Origin: an uncultured Gemmatimonadota bacterium
GTDB lineage: Bacteria; JAAXHH01
Assembly: GCA_951812955.1 (NCBI GenBank)
Contig: OX638340.1
Span: forward strand, 256,001 to 320,000
Direction: 5' to 3'
DNA length: 64,000 nucleotides
Part shown: in pieces, positions 29,071-39,317 of the stretch
How positions within the stretch are numbered: position 1 is the stretch's first letter
How the letters are laid out: the number at the start of each line of letters is the position of its first letter
Notes under the pieces: generated by a model
Database searches by the model: none
Told to the model about the DNA's origin: nothing
What the model saw: the letters and a program-made list of their open reading frames with translations, nothing else
Program-made: the position numbers and the translations under genes

Positions 29071-30351
29071 CTACGCCGCAACGGCCTTGTCGATGATTAC
29101 CTTCATCTTGTCGCCGTGTTTGTGTCGGCTGGCGGCTTCGATGAGGGCTTCGATGGGCAGAAACCCGTTGTCCTGGAGCCAGTGGGCGATGGCGGCCAGT
29201 GCGGCGCCTTTCGGTCCGCCCGTCTTTCTGAAATCCCCGGTCACCACGTTGGACGGACCGGACTGATCGGGCGGATCGAGCGGACCGGGACTCCCTCCAA
29301 GCTCGGTACCAAGCTTCTCGTCCGCGATCACAAGGGTGTGGCCGCCGATGCGGGACTGCACCTTGTCCAGCCCATCCTGCGATATGACGATCATGATGTC
29401 GGGACAGTCGATCCCGGTGTAATGGATGGGGTCCCTGGAGAGGATGACTTCCGCGACGGAAAACCCCGTGCCGATCGTGATGGGGTAATCGCCCTTCTTG
29501 GTGGCGGACAGGCCGGCCGTAATGCCCGCGGTGGACAGCAGGTCACCCGCGGACTGAATGGCCTCACCGGCCGAACCGGCGACGATGATCTCCAGGCGGC
29601 CGTCCAGCGGCGCATCGCATGTGCGTTCGATTGGTTTCAATCCATCCAGCAGGGAGCGGCCGGTAGCCCGGTGCGGCATGCCAACCGCGCGACTGTTCCG
29701 CGTTACTACGCTCTCGTAGTCCGCCGTATCATGGAGTTCCTGTACTTTCCTCAATCCGTACGCAGGACACATCTCCACGATTTCGATGAGGGAGAATCCG
29801 GAGGTGGACAGGGCCTCCTTCCAAAGCTCTGACGTGTCCTTGCCGATGAACGTCCGTGCGGTGTACGCCGCGCCGGCGTTGTGCGCCAGGGCGCAGATGT
29901 CGTATCCTGGCACGGCCGATTCCGGGCGCTCCGGTTCTTTGAACTCGGTGGAGGACAGTCCACTGGTCTGTCCGCCCGTCATCCCGTATACCATGTTGTT
30001 CTGAACCACGAGGGTGAGATCCAGATTGTGCCGTGCCGCTTCGAGCAGGTGCTGCAGGCCGATCGTGGCGCCACCGTCGCCCTGCAGGGCGATGATCTTC
30101 TTCTCCGGATGCTCCAGTCCCATGCGGATGCCCATGGCCAGGGCGACCGCCCGGCCGTGGAGCCCGTGAATGGTGTGGCAGGTCAGGAGCGGATCAACGA
30201 GCCCCGTGCAGCCGATGTCGCTTACCACGATGACGTCGAGCGGGTCCACGTCCATGTCCGCGATCGCCTTGCTCATGGATTTGTTGGCGACGGTATGACC
30301 ACAGCCCGGGCAGTAGGGCATTTTCAGGTCATTCAGGATGGTTTCCTGCAT
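29071..30351 (-). CDS. korB: 2-oxoacid:ferredoxin oxidoreductase beta subunit (TPP-binding) fused to a C-terminal gamma-subunit domain
   Basis: N-terminal CPGCGH..DIGC..GLHGRA, then GDGG...VYGMTGGQ TPP motifs. C-terminal about 150 aa (LEIIVAGSAGEAIQSAGDLL...GDYPITIGTGFSVAEV) looks like a POR-gamma domain. GGAAGGAG SD. Overlaps korA by 19 bp. Confidence 0.75.
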   Translation of the reverse strand: MQETILNDLKMPYCPGCGHTVANKSMSKAIADMDVDPLDVIVVSDIGCTGLVDPLLTCHTIHGLHGRAVALAMGIRMGLEHPEKKIIALQGDGGATIGLQHLLEAARHNLDLTLVVQNNMVYGMTGGQTSGLSSTEFKEPERPESAVPGYDICALAHNAGAAYTARTFIGKDTSELWKEALSTSGFSLIEIVEMCPAYGLRKVQELHDTADYESVVTRNSRAVGMPHRATGRSLLDGLKPIERTCDAPLDGRLEIIVAGSAGEAIQSAGDLLSTAGITAGLSATKKGDYPITIGTGFSVAEVILSRDPIHYTGIDCPDIMIVISQDGLDKVQSRIGGHTLVIADEKLGTELGGSPGPLDPPDQSGPSNVVTGDFRKTGGPKGAALAAIAHWLQDNGFLPIEALIEAASRHKHGDKMKVIIDKAVAA

Positions 30352-31466
30352 TGCCTTACTCCTTCCGCGATCTCCTGCGGGGTGATCATATTGCCGATTT
30401 TGTTGACGCCGAATACCCGGCCGTCCTGACGGTTGCCAAAGAGCAGTTCCCGTAGCAGGCCGGAGATATTTTCTTCCACGACGACGATGTGCTCGTATGC
30501 ATCAAGCAACTCGTAGATACGCGGCGGTACCGGCAGCAGCGTTTTCATGACCAGGAGCGAAACGGAGTCGCCGCCCGAGCGGAGTGAACCGACCGCTTCC
30601 CTCGCGGCTTCCGCCGAGATGCCGTAGGTCAGGATGACCGTGTCGGCGTCCTCGGCCCGATCATGGTCGTAAAAGGTGTAATCATCGATACGCTGTTCGA
30701 TCTTGTTCTTGAGCCGTTCGGTATTGCCGAGGGCTTCGGGGCTGTTCTTCTGCGTAATACCTTCCATGTCATGGGTAGATGAATTCAGCCGGACCTGGTG
30801 CAGGTCGTTGCCCAGTGGCAGGAATGGCGGCGCCAGGTTCCCGTTGACCCCGTAAGTCTTGTACTCCCCATTTCCTTCGAACACGTGGCGTTCCGCCCGC
30901 TGCACTTCCCTCAAGCTGGAAATGTTCATGTTCTGGTTGGTCATGACCATTTCCTTCGAGGTCAATAACACCACCGGTGTGCGGAGGTTTACCGACGTAT
31001 GCACGCTGGCGGCCGCCATGTCCCAGCAATCGTTCAGGTTCGAGGGACAGAACACCGGAATCGAATACCCTCCGGAGATGCAACCCCTTAGGAGGAGCAG
31101 ATCCCCCTGGCCGCCCGTGGTGGCCGAACCGGTACTCGGCCCGAGGCGCTGGGCGAGGATAATGACCATGGGCAGTTCCATCATGAAGGACATGTTGATG
31201 GATTCGATCATCAGGGCGAAGCCTGGAAAGGCGGAGGCGGTGACAGGAAACACGCCCGAAGACGAAAAACCTGCGGACCACTGTAGCGCGGTGATCTCGT
31301 CCGGTGCTTCCAGGGCAATGGGGATGCGCTGTTTGGCGCCCGCGAAGAGCCAGTTGACGGGGGTGATGGGGTATCCGATGTAAGCGCCCACCCCGGCCCG
31401 GGCCATCGCTTCGATGATCAGTCTGGATCCGTCCAGAAAGACCATGCGTTCACCGTCAGCAGTCAT
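30333..31466 (-). CDS. korA: 2-oxoacid:ferredoxin oxidoreductase alpha subunit
   Basis: 377 aa. ...GYPITPVN...AGFSSSGVFPVTASAFPGFALM...GPSTGSATTGGQGD... are the signature blocks of KorA/PorA domains I and II. Confidence 0.8.
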   Translation of the reverse strand: MTADGERMVFLDGSRLIIEAMARAGVGAYIGYPITPVNWLFAGAKQRIPIALEAPDEITALQWSAGFSSSGVFPVTASAFPGFALMIESINMSFMMELPMVIILAQRLGPSTGSATTGGQGDLLLLRGCISGGYSIPVFCPSNLNDCWDMAAASVHTSVNLRTPVVLLTSKEMVMTNQNMNISSLREVQRAERHVFEGNGEYKTYGVNGNLAPPFLPLGNDLHQVRLNSSTHDMEGITQKNSPEALGNTERLKNKIEQRIDDYTFYDHDRAEDADTVILTYGISAEAAREAVGSLRSGGDSVSLLVMKTLLPVPPRIYELLDAYEHIVVVEENISGLLRELLFGNRQDGRVFGVNKIGNMITPQEIAEGVRQCRKPS

Positions 31467-31481
31467 CGTCGTGTTCTCCGG

Positions 31482-33497
31482 TTATTCCTGCATGGATTCC
31501 GCCACGATCTCGGCGATATCCCGGACCCGCATGGGTTCGCCGGCCCGCTTGTTGGCGTCGTTCATCATCCTGGCACAAAAGGGACAACCCACGGCCAGGG
31601 TATCAGCCCCGGTTTCTCTGGCCTCCCGGAAGCGATTATCGCTGACCGCTTCCCTGCCTTCTTCTTCTTCTTTCCAGACCTGGGCGCCGCCCGCTCCGCA
31701 GCAGAATGACCGGTTCCTGCTCCGGGCCATCTCCACCAGGTTTGGCCCGGCGGCCGCCAGCGCTTCCCGAGGCGCTTCGTACTCGCCGCCGTGGCGTCCC
31801 AGATAACACGGGTCGTGATAGGTTGCCCGCGTCCCTTCCTCTCCGTTTACCGCGATCCTGCCGTCGTTCCTGAGATCGGCGATGAGCTGCGTGTGGTGCA
31901 TGACCTCGTAACGCCCACCCAGCGCGCCGTACTCGTTCTTCAGGGTATGGAGGCAGTGGGGGCAACCCGTGACGATGCGTTTGCGGTCGGCGCCCGCCGC
32001 GTTCAGCGTTTCGATGTTGCCTTCGGCAGCCATACTGAAAAGATACTCGTTTCCGGCTCTTCGCGCCAGATCTCCCGTGCAGGACTCGTCATTCCCAAGC
32101 ACGGCGAAGTCTATACCGGACCGGTGCATGACCGTGGCGATGGCCCGTGCCGTGTCCCGGGCGCCCGGGTCGAATGCTCCGGCGCAGCCGACCCACAACA
32201 GCACGTCGTAGTCCGGATTCTCCGCGACCGTCGGTACCTTGAAATCCAGGGCTTCGGTCCATTCCATGCGGTCTCCGGCCATCTGCCAGGGATTGCCGTT
32301 TCGCTCGATTCCGGTAAAGGCGCCTTTCAGTTCATTCGGAAAGGCACTTTCCATCAGCACCTGGTTCTGGCGCATGGAAAGGATGTCGAACATGGGTTCG
32401 TTGCCGACGGGGCAGGCTTCGGTACAGGCCCCGCAGGTCGTACACGCCCACAGCGCGCTTTCGCTTATGGCGTAGGTGAGTAGCGGTTCTTCGTCGCCTC
32501 CACCCGTCGCCAGGGATTTCATGTGATCGCGGAGGTGGTACCGCTTGTTCACCTCGAGGGCCGCCGGCGACAATTCCTTGCCCGTGGCATAGGCGGGACA
32601 GGCGTCCTGGCACCTGTTGCACATGATGCAGGCGAAAGCGTCCGTGATGTGGGTCCGGTTCAGGTCGGTGATCCGGCCGGCACCGAACTGCTCGATGGAT
32701 TCGTCTTCGAAATCCAGGGCATCCATCGCGCCGGGACTGTTTCGATCCGGGGACGTCATCAGGTTGAAGGGGCCCATAAACAGGTGGGCATGTTTCGAAT
32801 AAGGGAACCAGGGAAGGAAGGCCAGAACAAGGCCGACGGCGATCCACCAGCTGGCATGCAGCCCTGCAGTCTGGAATGAAGGTTCCAGGTCCGCCAAGAG
32901 TCCGGCTGCCAGCGCGGCAACAGGCTGCCAGGGGTCCGGTCCGTGTATGGCGATGTCGAAAGAAGCGCCCAGCAGCCGGAAACCGACGTGGCCGAGGATG
33001 AAAAACCCCACGATCAGGGAATCGCGTTTGATACCGTCCACCGCGCCCGGGTGCAATTTAACCTGCGGAGCGACGTCGAGGGTCCTGGACTTCACGATGA
33101 ATCGTCGGATGAGCAGGACAACCATACCTGCCAGCACCGCCGCAGTCATTAGATCGACGAGGAGCCGATATATCCGCCCGGCGGCGTTCTCGCCCGGGAA
33201 AACGAAGCCGGGTACCATGCCTTCCAGCACGTCTATCAGGTTGACTGCCACGTAGAGGATAAACCCCCACGCGATCGCCGTGTGCGCCAGGGAAACGAAA
33301 GGCCGGTTTCGGATCATGTTGTTCTGGCTGACCACTGCCTTGATCCCGGTCATCAACCGGCCGGCAGGTCTGTCCCAGGACAGGCGCCCCTGGCCTCGCG
33401 TAATTATGCGAATCATGCGCCGAAAGGTGACGGATGCCAGGTACAGCGAGACAACTGCGACGATCGCGAAGAGGATTTTTTCGATGGGAGAAAGCAT
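31482..33497 (-). CDS. Membrane-anchored Fe-S oxidoreductase (2x[4Fe-4S] plus two cysteine-rich CCG domains); ETF-linked quinone oxidoreductase type
   Basis: N-terminal 5-6 TM helices, then CIMCNRCQDACP and CTTCGACTEACP ferredoxin motifs. C-terminal CCG-like repeats (GCAGAFDP...CTGD; CCGAGGA...GCPFC). Directly downstream of etfBA. Confidence 0.8.
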   Translation of the reverse strand: MLSPIEKILFAIVAVVSLYLASVTFRRMIRIITRGQGRLSWDRPAGRLMTGIKAVVSQNNMIRNRPFVSLAHTAIAWGFILYVAVNLIDVLEGMVPGFVFPGENAAGRIYRLLVDLMTAAVLAGMVVLLIRRFIVKSRTLDVAPQVKLHPGAVDGIKRDSLIVGFFILGHVGFRLLGASFDIAIHGPDPWQPVAALAAGLLADLEPSFQTAGLHASWWIAVGLVLAFLPWFPYSKHAHLFMGPFNLMTSPDRNSPGAMDALDFEDESIEQFGAGRITDLNRTHITDAFACIMCNRCQDACPAYATGKELSPAALEVNKRYHLRDHMKSLATGGGDEEPLLTYAISESALWACTTCGACTEACPVGNEPMFDILSMRQNQVLMESAFPNELKGAFTGIERNGNPWQMAGDRMEWTEALDFKVPTVAENPDYDVLLWVGCAGAFDPGARDTARAIATVMHRSGIDFAVLGNDESCTGDLARRAGNEYLFSMAAEGNIETLNAAGADRKRIVTGCPHCLHTLKNEYGALGGRYEVMHHTQLIADLRNDGRIAVNGEEGTRATYHDPCYLGRHGGEYEAPREALAAAGPNLVEMARSRNRSFCCGAGGAQVWKEEEEGREAVSDNRFREARETGADTLAVGCPFCARMMNDANKRAGEPMRVRDIAEIVAESMQE

Positions 33498-33555
33498 CGG
33501 CGTCCTGCGATCTCGATGTGCCGCCGTGTGAAAACGCGATGCACGGTGTACCGGA

Positions 33556-34542
33556 TTACCGGCCCAGCCGTTTCCTCACTTCTTCCACGATGGCGGGCAG
33601 GTAACTGAACAGGTCGCCGGCGATGCCGTAATGGGCGTACTTGTAGAGCGGCACGTCGGCGTCCTTGTTGATCGCGACGATCACGCGGGCGTTCTTCATG
33701 CCCGCCAGGTGTTGTATCGCGCCGGAGATCCCGCACGCAATGTACAGGTCCGGCTGAACCGTCTTACCGGTCTGGCCGACCTGGTGGACATAGGGAATCC
33801 AACCGGCGTCCACCGCGGCCCGGCTCGCGCCGAGCGCGCCGCCCAGGGCGTCAGCCAGTTCCCGTACGGGCTGAAAGCCCTCCGGTCCGCCCACGCCGCG
33901 GCCGCCGGAGACGATGATGCTGGCTTCGGTCAGGCTGACCTTGCCGTCCGCGGTCTCGACGGACTCCACCCGGGTTGGGATCTCGTCTTCTGCCTGTTCG
34001 GCAGGAATGTCTACGGCTTCCCCGGTCCTGGATTCATCCCCGTAGGCGGGTTGGAATACATTGCGCCGTACCGTGATAATCCGGTGCCCGGTTCCTGTGA
34101 ATTTCACCCTGGAAACCAGGTTGCCCACCAGGGCTGGTCGGACCGCGACCAGCTGGTCTCCCTCGATGTGCAGGTCCGTGCAGTCCGGCGCCAGGCCCGC
34201 ATCGGTGAGGGCGGCGACATAGGCCGTTAGCTCGAGGCCAGCCGTACTTGCCCCCGCCAGGATTACGGAGGGCGGTTCGTTCTCCAGAATCCGCGCCAGC
34301 AGTTTCGCATAGGGCTCTACCCGATAGCGGACCAGGGAAGCGTCTTCCGTGGTATATACGCGGTCCGCGCCGGCTTCAATGGCCTGCCTTGCGATATCGG
34401 CGACCTGGTCGCCGAAAACGACGGCGGTCAGGGATCCGTCGAGATCGCCGGCGACTTTCGACGCGGCAGCCATCGCCTGCCAGGCGATCGGGTCCGCCTG
34501 CCCATCCTCCTGTTCAATCCATACGAGTACGTTGCTTGCCAT
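33556..34542 (-). CDS. etfA: Electron transfer flavoprotein alpha subunit
   Basis: 328 aa. C-terminal FAD-binding block ...[14 protein letters not shown]...[16 protein letters not shown]...[15 protein letters not shown].... Confidence 0.9.
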   Translation of the reverse strand: MASNVLVWIEQEDGQADPIAWQAMAAASKVAGDLDGSLTAVVFGDQVADIARQAIEAGADRVYTTEDASLVRYRVEPYAKLLARILENEPPSVILAGASTAGLELTAYVAALTDAGLAPDCTDLHIEGDQLVAVRPALVGNLVSRVKFTGTGHRIITVRRNVFQPAYGDESRTGEAVDIPAEQAEDEIPTRVESVETADGKVSLTEASIIVSGGRGVGGPEGFQPVRELADALGGALGASRAAVDAGWIPYVHQVGQTGKTVQPDLYIACGISGAIQHLAGMKNARVIVAINKDADVPLYKYAHYGIAGDLFSYLPAIVEEVRKRLGR

Positions 34543-34563
34543 CCGTAATGCTTCCGCCTAGAT

Positions 34564-35355
34564 CTAGATCACTTTTTCTTCAATCAACCGGTCCACGAGA
34601 ATCCTGGCGGCATCTTCGGGACCGCCATCGATCATTTCGACATTCGCTTCCCTGATCGGGGGAAGCTCCGCCTGCCAGGCGACCTTCGAAGCACCGGCAC
34701 CTACAGCGGACGCATCAAGACCGAGATCTTCACATTTCCAAACGGGAATACTGGCCCTGGCCGCCTTTCGTATGCCGATGAGACTCGGGTACCTGGGCTC
34801 GTTGATCTCCTTGACGACGGTGATCAGCGCCGGAAGGCGGCTGGTGACCGTTTCCCGTGCACGCTCCAGCAGGCGTACCGCTGTAATGGTCCGGGCCGAC
34901 GGATCCAGGCTCTTGAGATCCGCCACGTAGGAGACGAGCGGGACGCCGAGCAAGGCCGCGATCTGCACGGCCGTCGCGGCGGTATTGCCGTCTATCGCCG
35001 CCCTTCCGCCCACGATCAGATCGAATGCACCGATCCTGCGGATGGCGGCGACCAGGATGCGCGCCGAAGTGAGGCAGTCGCTGTCCGCCATGACCGGGTC
35101 AGACACAAGAATGGCTTCATCCACCCCCATGGCCAGGGCGGTCTTCAACGCGTCGGCGGCTTCGGGAGGTCCCAGGCAAAGGGCAGTCACCTTGCCGCCG
35201 TGCTCCTCCCGGGTCTGTATGGCCGTTTCCAGGGTATACTCGTCCCAGGGATTGACGATCCGGGGACCGCCCTCGGCGGAGAGTCTCATGCCGTCCATGG
35301 CGGCGGACAACTGGGCCGTATCGGGCGTCTGCTTCACCAGGGCGATGATATTCAA
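34564..35355 (-). CDS. etfB: Electron transfer flavoprotein beta subunit
   Basis: 263 aa. MNIIALVKQTPDT...VNPWDEYTLETAI...DLIVGGRAAIDGNTAATAVQIAALLGVP is the classic EtfB pattern. Confidence 0.9.
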   Translation of the reverse strand: MNIIALVKQTPDTAQLSAAMDGMRLSAEGGPRIVNPWDEYTLETAIQTREEHGGKVTALCLGPPEAADALKTALAMGVDEAILVSDPVMADSDCLTSARILVAAIRRIGAFDLIVGGRAAIDGNTAATAVQIAALLGVPLVSYVADLKSLDPSARTITAVRLLERARETVTSRLPALITVVKEINEPRYPSLIGIRKAARASIPVWKCEDLGLDASAVGAGASKVAWQAELPPIREANVEMIDGGPEDAARILVDRLIEEKVI

Positions 35356-35394
35356 CTAAACGTTACCTCGTCATGACAGTACGGCTGTACCTGG

Positions 35395-36597
35395 TCAGTT
35401 CTGCCAGTAGTCCGGATCGAAGGCGGGCATTTCGCACCGGAGCGGCCGGTCGGTCCGGTTGCCGAACACGTAATCAGCCTGCATGAGCTGGTGTATCTGC
35501 GACGTGCCCTCGTAGATCACGGCGCTCTTGCTGTTGCGCAGATGGCGTTCCACGTCATATTCGTCGGAGTATCCGTAGGCGCCGTGCACCTGTACCGCGT
35601 CGCTGGCCGTGGCGAAGGCCGATTCGGTGCAGTACCACTTGGCCATGCTCGTCTCGCGGGTGTTCCGTACGCCCCGGTTCTTGAGCCAGCCGACCTTGCG
35701 CACCGCCAGTTCGCCCAGGTCTATACGCTGCTTCATCTGGGCGATGAGCTGTTTCACGAGTTGATGGTCGCCGATAGGCTGGCCGAAAGTCTTCCGCTGG
35801 CGGGCGTACGACACGGACGCTTCCAGGCAGTATTTCATCATGCCGACAGCACCCGCGGCGACGGTATAGCGGGCATTGTCCAGGCAGGACATGGCGATTT
35901 TGAATCCTTCTCCTTCTTCTCCAAGCCGATGGGTTTCCGGCACGGGGACCTCGTCCATGTTGATCCAGCCCGTGTTGCTTGCCCGCACCCCCATCTTGCC
36001 CTTTATGGTACCGGTTGTCAGTCCGTCCCAGCCGCGCTCCAACAGGAAAGCAGTGATACCGCGCGTACCCTCTTCCTGGCTGGTTTTAGCGAAAACGAGG
36101 AACCTGTCGGCCACGTCCGATAGTGTGATCCACATTTTCTCGCCGCTGACCAGGTAGGTATCGCCCTTCTTCCGTGCACGGCTGGTCATGGCGGCCACGT
36201 CCGATCCCGCGCCGGGCTCCGTCAGCCCGAAACAGGCTATGTGCTCACCGGTGGCCAGGGCCGGCAGGAACCGTTTTTTCTGTTCCTCCGTGCCCCACTG
36301 AAAGATCGGAAGGGCGTGCAGTCCAAGGTGGACCGCGATCGTCTCCCTTACAGACGAGTCGGCCCATTCGAGCCCCTCAGACAACAGTCCCAGGGAAATA
36401 AAGTCCATGCCGGCCCCGTCGTAACGGACCGGGAGGCAGATGCCCATGAACCCCTGCGCCGCCATCTTGGGAAGCAGGTCGTGGGGAAAGGTACCGTTTC
36501 GGTCGTGTTCCCTGATGGTCGGCAGGATTTCGTTTCGGGCGAAATCATAGACCATCTGCTCGACCATCTTGTGTTCTTCACTCAGTTCGAAATCCAT
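35395..36597 (-). CDS. Acyl-CoA dehydrogenase
   Basis: Canonical ACAD N-terminus [23 protein letters not shown] at ATG 36595-36597. ...[12 protein letters not shown]... and C-terminal ...[11 protein letters not shown].... The longer ORF begins with GTG at 36642. Confidence 0.85.
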   Translation of the reverse strand: MDFELSEEHKMVEQMVYDFARNEILPTIREHDRNGTFPHDLLPKMAAQGFMGICLPVRYDGAGMDFISLGLLSEGLEWADSSVRETIAVHLGLHALPIFQWGTEEQKKRFLPALATGEHIACFGLTEPGAGSDVAAMTSRARKKGDTYLVSGEKMWITLSDVADRFLVFAKTSQEEGTRGITAFLLERGWDGLTTGTIKGKMGVRASNTGWINMDEVPVPETHRLGEEGEGFKIAMSCLDNARYTVAAGAVGMMKYCLEASVSYARQRKTFGQPIGDHQLVKQLIAQMKQRIDLGELAVRKVGWLKNRGVRNTRETSMAKWYCTESAFATASDAVQVHGAYGYSDEYDVERHLRNSKSAVIYEGTSQIHQLMQADYVFGNRTDRPLRCEMPAFDPDYWQN

Positions 36598-36656
36598 GAG
36601 ACCGTCATTTGGTTTAGTGGGTAGAAACTCCGTTGCGTGCACGGGTATTGCTTGCT

Positions 36657-36687
36657 GCGGAATTCCGCCGGAACGTCCGGAATCCGG
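36657..36687. promoter_or_regulatory. Cluster of three palindromes built on CCGGA/TCCGG upstream of the acyl-CoA dehydrogenase operon (candidate operator)
   Basis: GCGGAATTCCGC is a perfect 12-bp palindrome at 36657-36668. CCGGA-acg-TCCGG and CCGGA-a-TCCGG follow, 60-90 bp upstream of the ACAD start. Confidence 0.35.
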
Positions 36688-36690
36688 AGC

Positions 36691-37875
36691 TCAGCTGCCA
36701 GCAGCCCCGGCCACTTTGCTGAAGTCTCTTCCGGGCTTTGCAGCCGGCCGGGTTACAGGGATACTTCGCATGACTTCGAGAAACCGATCCACGTCGCCGT
36801 CCGTGTTGTAGAAATGGGTGGAAACGCGGGCTCTTCCCACGCCGCCGTAAGCTCCGAATATCAACACGTTTTGATCCTCCAGGACATGGGTTACCGCATT
36901 CACATCCTCCGCGGTAAAACAGACGTTGCCGGCCCGTTCCTTGGGCGCCCTGGGCGTGATGACTTCCCAGCCCAACTCCGTCAGGCCATCCCATACGCGG
37001 GTACTCAACCGCAGCACGTGGTCCTCGATCCGGTCGATGCCGATGCCCAGCAGGCAGTCGAGGGCGTTATCCAGGATGTATACTCCAATCCAGGTCTCGT
37101 TGCCTGGCGTAAACCTGCTGGCGTCCGCCCGGGGAATGTAAGCTGAGGGATCCTTCCAATCGGGAAGAAAAGCCGGAGTGTGCCAGCCCACAAAGGGAGG
37201 ATTGAGTTCGGGTACCCGTTCCCGGTTCCAGTAGAATATGCCCACGCCATGTACGGCCATGAGCCATTTGTAGCAACTCGACACGACGAAGTCCGCGTAT
37301 TGCGCCTCGATCGGAACGGCTCCCGCGGAGTGGGTAACGTCGAGACAGAGCAGGGCGTTCTTGCGATGCACGAGATCGGACAATTCCGGCAGCGGAAGAC
37401 GCTGGCCCGTGAAGTAACTGACATGACTCACGTTGACCACCCTGGTGTTCTCATCTATTGCTTTGTCAAGATCTTCCAAGTCTGTGCGCCAGTTGTTGTT
37501 TTCAACGATTCGAAGTTCCACGCCCCGGTCCTTCAACAGGGTCCATGGAAGCACGTCCGAGGGAAACTCCACGTCGGCGACCACCACGTTGTCCCCGGGT
37601 TTCCAGTCGAGTGCGTAGACAAGCAGATTGATGCCCTCCGATGTAGAGGTCAGGAAACCAATATCATCGGACGGAACGCCGAAAAGCCGTCCGACCTTCT
37701 CCTTGCATTCCCCGGATACCACTTCCAGACGCCTGCGTCCTTCTTCACCCAGCAGCTTGTCCTCGAAGAAACGGTGGACCGCGTCACCGTGTGTCTTCAG
37801 CATGGGAGACTCGCCGCCGGTGCACAGGTGGGTAATACCCTGGGTTCCAATGAACTCGGATTGATCGATCAACAT
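36691..37875 (-). CDS. Class V aminotransferase / cysteine desulfurase-like PLP enzyme (selenocysteine-lyase-like fold)
   Basis: Start at MLIDQSEF (ATG 37873-37875) with AGGAGA SD. ...NVSHVSYFTGQRLP...LCLDVTHSAG... and ...SSCYKWLMAVHG (PLP-lysine context). Confidence 0.7.
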   Translation of the reverse strand: MLIDQSEFIGTQGITHLCTGGESPMLKTHGDAVHRFFEDKLLGEEGRRRLEVVSGECKEKVGRLFGVPSDDIGFLTSTSEGINLLVYALDWKPGDNVVVADVEFPSDVLPWTLLKDRGVELRIVENNNWRTDLEDLDKAIDENTRVVNVSHVSYFTGQRLPLPELSDLVHRKNALLCLDVTHSAGAVPIEAQYADFVVSSCYKWLMAVHGVGIFYWNRERVPELNPPFVGWHTPAFLPDWKDPSAYIPRADASRFTPGNETWIGVYILDNALDCLLGIGIDRIEDHVLRLSTRVWDGLTELGWEVITPRAPKERAGNVCFTAEDVNAVTHVLEDQNVLIFGAYGGVGRARVSTHFYNTDGDVDRFLEVMRSIPVTRPAAKPGRDFSKVAGAAGS

Positions 37876-38106
37876 CGGTTTCTCCTGGTGAACTAGGTGC
37901 GGTAATGATGCGTCTGAACCAACATAACAAAATAGGGCGCTACGCCATCGGTGTACAGCAAATTCAACGCCGGTCTTTCCCTGTGTGCCCCATCCCTTGT
38001 CCCGCCGATGGATATTCGATCCGGCCATAAAATCACGGACCCCTGAACTCATGCCCGAAGAGGCATCAGCGGAACTTTCAATAAATCGAACGAGTGCTTA
38101 TTTTAG

Positions 38107-38134
38107 TTGGTCGCAAATTGCCATGCTCTATATT
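38107..38134 (+). promoter_or_regulatory. Candidate sigma70-like promoter for the amidohydrolase gene
   Basis: TTGGTC (38107-38112), a 16-bp spacer, then TATATT (38129-38134) in an AT-rich patch about 40 bp upstream of ATG 38172. Confidence 0.3.
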
Positions 38135-38171
38135 GTAATCAACCAGATAACTCCTCCCCCGGTTTCGTGCT

Positions 38172-39152
38172 ATGGTTCTTGATTTCCACACCCATTTCTA
38201 TACCTCCGCTTACCTTGACGAGATCGAAAAGGGAGGATACCAGGCGGTGCTGGTCAGGGACACCGACGGTAATCGCCTGCTGAAGCTGGATGGCGACTAC
38301 AGCTTGATCGCGCCTGCACACTTCGATGCCGATCGGGTGATCGAGCACATGGACCGGCATGGCGTGGATCGGCAACTCCTCACTTTTTCCATCCCGGGAC
38401 TGCACGTCGAGGAGCCCGATGCCGGTCGTCGGCTCGCCCGCGTCGTGAACGAGGCCCTTGCCGCGACCGTCGCCCACTACCCCGATCGCTTGTCGGCCCT
38501 GGCGGTCCTTCCCCTGCATGACCCGGCCGCATCGGCCGCCGAACTGTCGCGCTCCATGACCGAGCTGAATCTGCGGGGCGGGCTTCTATTCTCGAACATC
38601 AATGGCAAGTCCCCGGGGGATTCCGAGTTTCACGAACTCTACGCCGTCGCTTCGACGCTGGACGTACCGCTTTTCCTTCACCCTACCAGTCCACCTTCAA
38701 TAAAACCGTTTATGCAGTACAGGCTTACGCCCATTGCGGGATTTCCCTTCGACACCACCCTGGCTGCCGTACAAATGGTACTGAGCGGAACGATGGCGGC
38801 GTTTCCGGAATTGAAGATCGTACTCGGCAACCTGGGAGGGACCGTCCCATTTCTTGCGGGCCGGATCGATCAGGGGTACATTGCCTATCCCGAGGCCAGC
38901 GAGAAGCTGGACCGGCCACCGTCCGCATACCTCAGGAACATGTACTTCGAATCCGCGGGCATGCCCAGCGGCGGGGCGCTTCGCCTGGCGATCGACTTCG
39001 CCGGTGTCGATCGCATCATGTTCGGTTCCGACTTCCCCCAGCAGATCGCCGATGTCGACCTGGGTCTTCGAATCATTGAAGAACAGGGGCTGGATGAAGC
39101 GGACCGGCAGCGTATCGTCGGCCTCAACGCAGCAGGACTTTTGAAGATATAA
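38172..39152 (+). CDS. Amidohydrolase-2 family metal-dependent hydrolase (second paralog)
   Basis: MVLDFHTHFY (HxH metal site) and C-terminal ...MFGSDFPQ.... 326 aa. Confidence 0.75.
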   Translation: MVLDFHTHFYTSAYLDEIEKGGYQAVLVRDTDGNRLLKLDGDYSLIAPAHFDADRVIEHMDRHGVDRQLLTFSIPGLHVEEPDAGRRLARVVNEALAATVAHYPDRLSALAVLPLHDPAASAAELSRSMTELNLRGGLLFSNINGKSPGDSEFHELYAVASTLDVPLFLHPTSPPSIKPFMQYRLTPIAGFPFDTTLAAVQMVLSGTMAAFPELKIVLGNLGGTVPFLAGRIDQGYIAYPEASEKLDRPPSAYLRNMYFESAGMPSGGALRLAIDFAGVDRIMFGSDFPQQIADVDLGLRIIEEQGLDEADRQRIVGLNAAGLLKI

Positions 39153-39176
39153 GGCTATTCACGGGTAAGATTTAAA

Positions 39177-39236
39177 TACCGTTATGCCAGGCAAAATACC
39201 GTTATGCCAGGCAAAATACCGTATTATCAGGCAAAC
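39177..39236. repeat. Tandem direct repeat, 20 bp x3 (third copy degenerate), upstream of polA
   Basis: taccgttatgccaggcaaaa at 39177-39196 and 39197-39216, then taccgtattatcaggcaaac at 39217-39236. Confidence 0.9.
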
Positions 39237-39317
39237 AAGCTATAACAACAACGGCCGTGGAAGGTGCGGTTTGCACCCGTCGCGGACCGGTTCCCACGAA
39301 GCCGGAGCTGTGAACCT

